Part shown: piece by piece, positions 57,388 to 64,000 of the stretch
How the letters are laid out: every line of letters begins with the position of its first letter
Numbering within the stretch: position 1 is the stretch's first letter
Assembly (NCBI GenBank): GCA_024698965.1
Contig: JAILQM010000083.1
Span: 8,882 to 72,881, forward strand
Origin: Eubacterium sp.
GTDB taxonomy: Bacteria > Bacillota > Clostridia > Lachnospirales > Lachnospiraceae
Reading direction: 5' to 3'
Length of the DNA stretch: 64,000 nt
Notes under the pieces: generated by a model
Told to the model about the DNA's origin: nothing
Seen by the model: only the letters and a program-made list of their open reading frames with translations
The model's database searches: none
Position numbers and translations under genes: made by a program

Positions 57388-58186
57388 ACTTATGTTTAAG
57401 CTCATAATAGAAAAGATACTGCTGGATAATTCCGGCAATGCCTTCATATCTTTCAAAATCAAACCCTTTTGGATAATACTTTTCCAAAAGCTGCTTTACA
57501 TGGGTATCTATCGGAAACGCCTCCACATGATGAAGCCCGAAAAGGCAAATACAGTTTGCCACTTTTTTGCCTATACCCTTTCTTTCGACAAGAGTCTCCA
57601 TCGCCGTTTCATAGTCCATCCCTTTAAGAGAGTCTGTCCATCCCGGATTATTTACGGCATAGCTGTATATTTCTTCAAGATAAGAGTCTCTGTAGCCAAG
57701 CCCTAAGGTCTTATCCATAAAAAAGCCTTCCCTTATATCACCCGGTTCAGGCAAAATGCAGCCCCTTTTGCAATCCGTTTTCCTTCCGGCCTTTTGACAT
57801 ATCGCTTCCACGGAATTTGTGATTCTTTTAATATTGTTATTCTGAGAGATAATAAAAGTAACTATCATCTCCCACAAATCCTGTCTTAATATCCTTATGC
57901 CATATCCTTCTTTAAAAGCCTCTTTAAGATGATCATCGTTTGATGATAAGATGAGTTTTTCTATAGCAGCATAATCGGTTTTTGTATCAAAATAAGAAGC
58001 CCATATTTTCTCATACTCATCTTCATCGCATGAAAATGTAAATTCATCCCCTTTTTGCGTAACCTCTAAATATCTGCCAAAGGCCACTGTAGAATATTTA
58101 TTTTCTTCAATCTCTTTAAACCTGAAGCACTGCCCGCTTTCGGCAATCTGCTTAAGGTTTAGATGATCTAGATTTTTTACAAACAT
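57386..58186 (-). CDS. ogg: 8-oxoguanine DNA glycosylase / DNA lyase (Ogg, HhH-GPD superfamily)
   Basis: QCFRF N-terminal motif and HhH-GPD (KGIG.KVANCI.LFG…FPIDTHV). I chose the start at MFVKNLD (58186). Confidence 0.8.
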   Translation of the reverse strand: MFVKNLDHLNLKQIAESGQCFRFKEIEENKYSTVAFGRYLEVTQKGDEFTFSCDEDEYEKIWASYFDTKTDYAAIEKLILSSNDDHLKEAFKEGYGIRILRQDLWEMIVTFIISQNNNIKRITNSVEAICQKAGRKTDCKRGCILPEPGDIREGFFMDKTLGLGYRDSYLEEIYSYAVNNPGWTDSLKGMDYETAMETLVERKGIGKKVANCICLFGLHHVEAFPIDTHVKQLLEKYYPKGFDFERYEGIAGIIQQYLFYYELKHK

Positions 58187-58203
58187 ATTTACCTCTTGCC
58201 CGA

Positions 58204-58536
58204 TTATAAATTTTTTTCGCCCCATCTTTTAAGTTCTAAAAGAATCGGAATAATTGAATGAGCTTTTTCTGTGAGAGAATATTCTACCCTGACCGGCATC
58301 TCATCATACTGCATTCTTACAACGAGTCCGTCACTTTCGAGTTCTTTAAGCGACTGGGCAAGCATGGTATTTGTAATGCCGTAAACAGAGCGTCTAAGGT
58401 CTCCGTATCTTACAACCTCATTATTATCGATAATACATAAAATCATAATTTTCCACTTGCCGCCCAAGATGCCCATAACCTTTTTAAGAGCGCATCCTTC
58501 ACCGGCAATGTCTTCACATAACGGTTCTTTTTTCAT
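58204..58536 (-). CDS. HxlR family transcriptional regulator
   Basis: C.L..V…LGGKWK..IL and the winged helix (RYGDLRRSV.GIT..ML.QSLKELE.DGLV.R). I chose the start at MKKEPL; the ORF-track 5' extension is improbable. Confidence 0.85.
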   Translation of the reverse strand: MKKEPLCEDIAGEGCALKKVMGILGGKWKIMILCIIDNNEVVRYGDLRRSVYGITNTMLAQSLKELESDGLVVRMQYDEMPVRVEYSLTEKAHSIIPILLELKRWGEKNL

Positions 58537-58649
58537 GATCAGTTTTTCCTTACCTGGTTTATATTTTTTGCGTACTTGATATATTTTTCTTACCACATAT
58601 AATAAACGTATCTGCTTCAAAAAGCAAATAAAAATTAAAGGAAAAGAAA

Positions 58650-58853
58650 ATGAAAAAAGCAACTCCCAAAAAAGAATTATGTGTTAGCTGCGGCGCCTGC
58701 GTAAAGCAGTGTCCCCGAGAAGCAATACATATAAAAAACGGATGTTATGCAAAAGTCGACCTTTTAAAATGTGTAGGATGCGGACTGTGTGCAAAGGCCT
58801 GTCCGGCCAATGCCATTTTCATAAGTGAGGAGGTGGCATATGGCGTCTGTTAA
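58650..58853 (+). CDS. 2x[4Fe-4S] ferredoxin
   Basis: CVSCGACVKQCP and CVGCGLCAKACP motifs. Confidence 0.85.
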   Translation: MKKATPKKELCVSCGACVKQCPREAIHIKNGCYAKVDLLKCVGCGLCAKACPANAIFISEEVAYGVC

Positions 58854-59427
58854 AGGAAAAAGCCACTGGTATGATTATCTTTGGCTATGGACTATAATAT
58901 ATTTTACATTGGGATTTTTTAACATCCTTTTTGCCTGGCTTGGCATGATTGACTTCCTGCTGCCGATTGTTTTCGCCATCTTCGGCGGCAATAAATGGTT
59001 TTGCAATCACTTATGCGGCAGAGGACAGCTTTTCTGGCTTTTAGGACATGACCTAAAATGTTCAAGACATAAAAGCACTCCGAAATGGATGGTAAGCAAA
59101 TACTTTAGATACGGATTTTTGGTCTTCTTTTTAGCCATGTTTGGCTCTATGGTATTCCAAACCTATCTTGTATTTGCAGGCCAAGGCTCTTTAAAGAAAG
59201 TCCTTAAGCTTTTCTGGACATTTAAAGTGCCGTGGGATCACACCTACTCCGGAAGCATATTCCCGGACTGGGTAGCTCAGTTTGGCTTCGGCTTTTACAG
59301 TCTGATGCTTACGTCTACTCTTATAGGGCTTATCGTAATGGCACTTTATAAAGAAAGAACCTGGTGCACATTCTGTCCGATGGGAACAATGACTCAGACC
59401 ATTTGCAAATTAAAAAACAATGAATAA
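58840..59427 (+). CDS. Membrane protein with Cys motifs (4Fe-4S-binding, NapH/Fer4_5-like)
   Basis: The ATG at 58840 follows AGGAGG. There are four or five TM segments and the motifs CNHLCGRG and WCTFCPMG. It overlaps the ferredoxin stop codon. Confidence 0.65.
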   Translation: MASVKGKSHWYDYLWLWTIIYFTLGFFNILFAWLGMIDFLLPIVFAIFGGNKWFCNHLCGRGQLFWLLGHDLKCSRHKSTPKWMVSKYFRYGFLVFFLAMFGSMVFQTYLVFAGQGSLKKVLKLFWTFKVPWDHTYSGSIFPDWVAQFGFGFYSLMLTSTLIGLIVMALYKERTWCTFCPMGTMTQTICKLKNNE

Positions 59428-59444
59428 CAAGGAGGATTATAACT

Positions 59445-61094
59445 ATGGGAAAAACAGTAATTATAGGAGGCGTTGCAGCAGGTGCAAGCTGTGCAACAAG
59501 ACTTCGCAGATTAAAGGAGGATGAAGAAATCATACTTCTTGAAAGAGGAGAATACATCTCCTACGCCAACTGTGGCCTTCCTTACCATGTAGGTGAGGTA
59601 ATTGAGGAAAGAGACTCTCTTTTGGTCATGAAAAAGCAGATGATGGAAACTCGTTTTAAAATCGATGTAAGAGACCACAGTAAAGCCGTATCAATAGATA
59701 CTGCCTCAAAAGAAGTAACAGTAAAAAATGCTGACGGTACTACCTATACAGAAAGCTATGACAACCTTCTTATCGCAACCGGCTCATCTCCTATCCGCCC
59801 TGATGTTTCCGGAATAGATTCCGAGAGGGTAAAGAGCCTTTGGACAGTATCGGATACCGACAAAATAAAAGCATATATCAGCAATCAAAATGTAAAAAGC
59901 GCTGTAGTTATTGGCGGAGGATTTATCGGACTTGAGATGGCTGAAAACCTTTACGCCTTAGGGCTTGATGTAACAATTGTCCAGTCTCCGAATCAGGTCT
60001 TAAAGCAGCTCGATTTCGATATGGCCGCCCTTCTTCATAAATCAATTAAAAGTCACGGCATAAAGCTTATTTTAAAAGACGGAGTTGCAGGCTTTAAAGA
60101 AAGAGAAGACGGTATTGATATTACTCTTAGAAGCGGCAAAACGCTTTCGGCAGACCTTGCGATTTTATCAATAGGCGTACGTCCAAACAGCGAAATTGCC
60201 AAAAATGCAGGTATTAAAGTAAATGAGCGTGGCGGAATTATTACTGATGAGAGAATGCGTACAAGTGCCCCAAATGTCTATGCCGCAGGTGACGTTGTAG
60301 AAGTAACCGACTTCGTTCTTAAAGACAAGACAATGGTGCCTCTTGCAGGACCGGCAAATAAGCAGGGAAGAATTGTTGCAGACAACATTGCGGGACTTTC
60401 CACATCCTATAAAGGAACCCAGGGGTCTTTTGTCATTAAGGTATTTAACCTTACTGCCGCATCTACAGGCGCAAACGAAAAGACACTTATCGCAAAAGGA
60501 CTTGAAAAAGGAAAAGACTATGAAACAATTCTCATCGCTCAAAACTCCCATGCAGGATACTATCCGGGTGCAACGCCTCTTTTCTTAAAGCTTATTTTTT
60601 CGCCGGACGGAAGTAAAATCTTCGGCGCTCAGATAGTCGGAGAAAAAGGCGCAGACAAGAGAATAGATACCATAGGTACTGCCATACGATTAAATGCAAG
60701 CGTATTTGACCTTACAAACATGGAGCTTTCCTACGCACCACCGTTTTCTTCGGCAAAAGATCCTGTAAATATGGCAGGTTATGTTGCGGAAAACGTTATA
60801 AACAACTACATGACTCTCGCAAGAACGGATGAAATTCAGACAAATAAAGAAGCAACGGTTTTAGATGTAAGAGAAAAACCCGAAGTTGCAAACTTTTCTT
60901 TTGAAAATGCCGTAAACATACCGCTTGGACAGCTTCGCGAGAGATTAGATGAGCTTGACAGGGAAAAAGAATATATTATCATGTGTGGAATCGGCGTCAG
61001 AGCATATTCTGCCGCAAGGCTTCTTTCTCAAAACGGATTTAAAAACCTCAAGGTTTATCCCGGCGGAGTAAGATATTATACCTCAAGCCATTAA
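59445..61094 (+). CDS. CoA-disulfide reductase-type FAD/NAD(P)H oxidoreductase with a C-terminal rhodanese domain (CoADR-RHD)
   Basis: GGVAAGAS FAD motif, redox Cys in SYANCGLPY, a second Rossmann fold GGGFIGLE, and a C-terminal rhodanese active-site loop IIMCGIGVRA. Confidence 0.85.
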   Translation: MGKTVIIGGVAAGASCATRLRRLKEDEEIILLERGEYISYANCGLPYHVGEVIEERDSLLVMKKQMMETRFKIDVRDHSKAVSIDTASKEVTVKNADGTTYTESYDNLLIATGSSPIRPDVSGIDSERVKSLWTVSDTDKIKAYISNQNVKSAVVIGGGFIGLEMAENLYALGLDVTIVQSPNQVLKQLDFDMAALLHKSIKSHGIKLILKDGVAGFKEREDGIDITLRSGKTLSADLAILSIGVRPNSEIAKNAGIKVNERGGIITDERMRTSAPNVYAAGDVVEVTDFVLKDKTMVPLAGPANKQGRIVADNIAGLSTSYKGTQGSFVIKVFNLTAASTGANEKTLIAKGLEKGKDYETILIAQNSHAGYYPGATPLFLKLIFSPDGSKIFGAQIVGEKGADKRIDTIGTAIRLNASVFDLTNMELSYAPPFSSAKDPVNMAGYVAENVINNYMTLARTDEIQTNKEATVLDVREKPEVANFSFENAVNIPLGQLRERLDELDREKEYIIMCGIGVRAYSAARLLSQNGFKNLKVYPGGVRYYTSSH

Positions 61095-61156
61095 TAAATC
61101 CTCCCGCTAAAACATTTTTGTGGTAGAATGATAAAAAAGTTTTATCGGAGAAAAAA

Positions 61157-61756
61157 ATGAGTAAACAGATTTGGAAACCCGGCAACATGCTCTATCCCGT
61201 CCCTGCGGTTATGGTCAGTTGCCAAAGAAAAGATGAAAAACCCAATATTATTACAATAGCCTGGGCCGGAACCGTTTGTACGAATCCGGCCATGGTTTCT
61301 GTATCAATAAGACCTTCAAGGTATTCCTACGATATAATAAAAGAAACCGGCGAATTTGTAATAAACCTGGTTTCCAAAGATCTTGTATATGCCTGCGACA
61401 TCTGCGGAGTAAAAAGCGGACGCGACGTTGATAAATTTAAAGAGCTTAATCTTACTCCTTCAAAGTCGGTAAACATATCGGCTCCGGGAATAGAAGAAAG
61501 CCCTGTAAACATAGAATGCAAACTCAGGCAGATTTTACCCCTGGGTTCGCATGACATGTTTATAGCTGAGGTAAAATCCGTCGATATAGATGAATCTCTT
61601 TTGGATGAAACCGGTAAGTTTTGTTTAAACGACACCGGCCTTGTTTCATATTCTCACGGAGAATATTTTTCCCTCGGCGAAAAGCTCGGAAGCTTCGGCT
61701 ATTCCGTAAAGAAAAAGAAAAAACAATCTCTACATCAGCTCTGCAAAAAGTCTTAA
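61157..61756 (+). CDS. Flavin reductase-like (FMN-binding split-barrel) protein
   Basis: The pattern P.PAVMVS…NI.TIAW.G….P is typical of the Flavin_Reduct family. Confidence 0.8.
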   Translation: MSKQIWKPGNMLYPVPAVMVSCQRKDEKPNIITIAWAGTVCTNPAMVSVSIRPSRYSYDIIKETGEFVINLVSKDLVYACDICGVKSGRDVDKFKELNLTPSKSVNISAPGIEESPVNIECKLRQILPLGSHDMFIAEVKSVDIDESLLDETGKFCLNDTGLVSYSHGEYFSLGEKLGSFGYSVKKKKKQSLHQLCKKS

Positions 61757-63298
61757 TACCATCTGTCCGAAGCGCATAAAGCTGCTTCGGCCTGTTTTAT
61801 AATTCTCCGTTACATCATTGCACTCGGTAAAAAGCTTTTCAAAATCCGCTTTTATATCTTTTACCGCATTCATATTGTACATAAAGCATCCGTTCTCAAA
61901 ATGATGATAAAGGCTTCTGTAATCAAGGTTAATTGTGCCGCAGGTAGCCATTATATCGTCTGCCACACTCATTTTTGCATGAGAAAATCCCGGCGTCCAC
62001 TCATATATTCTCACACCGTTTCTGACAAGTCCGTTATAGAAAGATCTTGTAACGCCGTAGACTATCTTTTTATCCGGAATTCCCGGTGTAATTATCCTAA
62101 CGTCCACACCCCTTTTGGCTGCAAGCGAAAACGCATGTATCATCTCATCTGTGATAATGAGGTATGGCGTCACAAAATAGCAGTATTTGTCGGCCTTATT
62201 TATAATGCTAATATAAACTTCTTCTCCAACCTGCTCATCATCAAGCGGGCTGTCCGCATACGGCTGAATATATCCGTCATCGGCAGATAGATAACTCTCC
62301 TGCGGAAAATATTTATCCACATCCTCGTCTATATACATCTTGTTTTTATCGTTGATATTCCACATTTCGAGGAACATCACGGTAAAGCTTCTTACGGCTT
62401 CGCCCGTCACCTTAATTCCGCTGTCTTTCCACTTTCCGTAAGGCTCTGTTATACCGAAATACTCATTTGCAAGATTATACCCACCTGTAAATGCAACTCT
62501 TCCGTCTATTACTGTAATCTTTCTGTGGTCACGGTTATTCAAAAAGAAATTTATTCCATGAGAAAACTCATTAAAGACCTGGCATTTTATCCCGTTTTCT
62601 CGCAGTCTTCTCGCAAAGTCCGTGTTAACGAAACTGATTGAGCCCATGTCGTCATAGAAAACCCTTACCTCTACTCCCTCCGATACCTTTTGAAAAAGAA
62701 CATCTTCTACTTTCTTCCAGCTTTCCTTATTTTCTATTGCATGATACTCCATGAAAATAAAGTTCTTTGCTTTTTTAAGTTCCTCAAGCTGTGCGTTAAA
62801 AGCATCTATGGCTTTATCATAGTATTTAACATCGCTGTTTTGATACACGGGATATCCCGCATATTTTTCAATATAAGAACAGATATTGTAAATCCTTGTA
62901 TTTTCCTTTTTTACATTCTCAATCTCATCGGTATTTTCAGGCAGGTACTTAAAAAGCCACTCATCCGCCTCGGCAATTGCCTTTCTCTTTTTCTTGGTCG
63001 ATCCGTTTAGACCAACCAAAAGATACATCACAAGCCCAAACACCGGAAACATCAAAATAAAAATAATCCACGGCATCTTCATGGATGAAGTCTTATGCTG
63101 TCCGTAAATATAAAGCACAAATATTAAACCTATAATTTTGGTAAGAACAGCCACCCATTCCGCCACTCTGTAAAGGCTGGTAAACAAAAGCACTATCAGC
63201 ATTATTTCAATCAGCATTGACAATGCCGCAAACGCAAGCCTTTTTACACCGTTTTTATTTGCCGCTTTTTTCTCAATTGTGTTTTTCTTAAATATCAT
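61730..63298 (-). CDS. cls: Cardiolipin synthase (PLD superfamily, two HKD motifs)
   Basis: N-terminal TM segments and HKD motifs HRKITVIDG and HAKMSVADD. Confidence 0.9.
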   Translation of the reverse strand: MIFKKNTIEKKAANKNGVKRLAFAALSMLIEIMLIVLLFTSLYRVAEWVAVLTKIIGLIFVLYIYGQHKTSSMKMPWIIFILMFPVFGLVMYLLVGLNGSTKKKRKAIAEADEWLFKYLPENTDEIENVKKENTRIYNICSYIEKYAGYPVYQNSDVKYYDKAIDAFNAQLEELKKAKNFIFMEYHAIENKESWKKVEDVLFQKVSEGVEVRVFYDDMGSISFVNTDFARRLRENGIKCQVFNEFSHGINFFLNNRDHRKITVIDGRVAFTGGYNLANEYFGITEPYGKWKDSGIKVTGEAVRSFTVMFLEMWNINDKNKMYIDEDVDKYFPQESYLSADDGYIQPYADSPLDDEQVGEEVYISIINKADKYCYFVTPYLIITDEMIHAFSLAAKRGVDVRIITPGIPDKKIVYGVTRSFYNGLVRNGVRIYEWTPGFSHAKMSVADDIMATCGTINLDYRSLYHHFENGCFMYNMNAVKDIKADFEKLFTECNDVTENYKTGRSSFMRFGQMVLRLFAELM

Positions 63299-63367
63299 AT
63301 TTCATCCTTGTTTTTATAAAAACCGAAAAGTAACCTTTATATTTGAATGATACTTTAGTATAACACG

Positions 63368-63405
63368 AAAAAAAAGGAGAGAATACAAACAGTTGCATTC
63401 TCTCC
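63368..63405 (-). terminator. Rho-independent terminator
   Basis: The minus strand reads ggagagaat-gcaactgtttgt-attctctcc followed by tttttttt. Confidence 0.8.
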
Positions 63406-63423
63406 GGATTTTAATTGATTTAA

Positions 63424-64000
63424 TTACCATTTCCAATCAAGATCGTCTTCATCTCTGAATTTTTCAGGATCTGTCACCTTGTACGGAAGCGGCGGAACAG
63501 GAATAAGATTGTGAGCATCACACTCCGGTGTCTCTGTCGAAAGAGCAAGATAAGGTTTTTTGGTCTTTCTGTTAGGTCCAAGCTCAGGATGAGCCGCTGT
63601 CTGCTCCTGAAGTTCTTTCGGAGCATTTCCTATAATATCATAGCAAGGCTCTTCAACCCAGCCCTTTCCTTCATAAGGAGTATTTAAAATCTGATGCATC
63701 TCCTGTCTCCAGATTCTCCACTCTCCGTCCTCTTTTACAAATACAAAGTGATAGCGGTTAAATGCCCAGCAGGCTTTAAGCGAGCCGTCCGGATTCCATC
63801 CGGTTTCACATCCGTGGGATGAGAACATACAATCTGCCGATTTGCAGTCATCAGCAACCTCTATAAGAGGGGATACCATATCATGAAGATATAATCTTCC
63901 CGAAAGATCCTCTTCCGCATTTTTCATTCTGTTTATGAAATGATTTACCACACCGTTCCACTCATCATATATATCTCCGTTAAATACAAGTCTTGTTCCC
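63424..64000 (-). CDS. Hypothetical protein (possibly NTF2/SnoaL-like fold), 5' end outside the window
   Basis: The frame stays open from stop 63424 up to the window edge (…GTRLVFNGDIYDEWNGVVNHFINRM…). The ORF-track start at 63951 is a GTG inside this frame. The family assignment is tentative. Confidence 0.5.
   Translation of the reverse strand, partial: GTRLVFNGDIYDEWNGVVNHFINRMKNAEEDLSGRLYLHDMVSPLIEVADDCKSADCMFSSHGCETGWNPDGSLKACWAFNRYHFVFVKEDGEWRIWRQEMHQILNTPYEGKGWVEEPCYDIIGNAPKELQEQTAAHPELGPNRKTKKPYLALSTETPECDAHNLIPVPPLPYKVTDPEKFRDEDDLDWKW

Noticed and set aside
58537-58662. N-terminal extensions in the ORF track (HxlR 58204-58662; also trpG to 51443, trpF to 50031, ogg to 58225, trpE to 52804, surface protein from 563).
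   Set aside because: The extensions add non-homologous residues, often start at non-ATG codons without an SD, and overlap upstream genes or regulatory hairpins. Internal ATGs with good SDs match the family N-termini.

Overview
This 64-kb window looks like a chromosomal segment of a low-GC Firmicute, probably a Clostridia/Lachnospiraceae-type gut or rumen anaerobe. The taxon is inferred from protein families, codon style and gene order, not from any search. About 85% is coding, mostly on the minus strand, and most of it is ordinary housekeeping. Recognisable content: a large secreted MBG/BspA-LRR surface protein followed by a decayed IS transposase; a TetR-controlled heterodimeric ABC exporter; potABCD preceded by a MoeA-like gene; a tRNA-Tyr/tRNA-Leu operon; a GT2 glycosyltransferase translationally coupled to a 1400-aa fused activase/dehydratase-like Fe-S protein; sdaAB/sdaAA; a yigZ/aldo-keto-reductase/methyltransferase operon; PBP1A; the conserved uvrC-hprK-murB-rapZ-whiA-(Crh-like HPr) block; a TetR/MMPL/lipoprotein module; an MCP; rsmE; a stand-alone BKACE enzyme; a T-box-controlled trp operon in the order trpE-G-C-F-B-A-D; maf, ogg and cls; and an HxlR/ferredoxin/CoADR-rhodanese/flavin-reductase redox cluster. 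I found no cas genes, CRISPR array, integrase, prophage or recognisable defence genes. The two things the gene annotation does not explain are both non-coding. (1) A perfect inverted repeat of about 308 bp (137-bp arms, 34-nt loop), built from AGCATAGGGGAC iterons, sits 13 nt downstream of tRNA-Leu and upstream of the operon terminator. (2) Five tandem copies of a repeat of about 175 bp fill the divergent yigZ/PBP1A intergenic region. Secondary curiosities: an orphan intrinsic terminator in a 450-nt leader upstream of the surface protein; multi-site palindromic TetR operators; an HPr paralogue lacking His15 in a rapZ-whiA cluster with no yvcK; and genes with sharply different codon bias. All calls come from reading the sequence and the supplied ORF translations. 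No database search or folding program was run.
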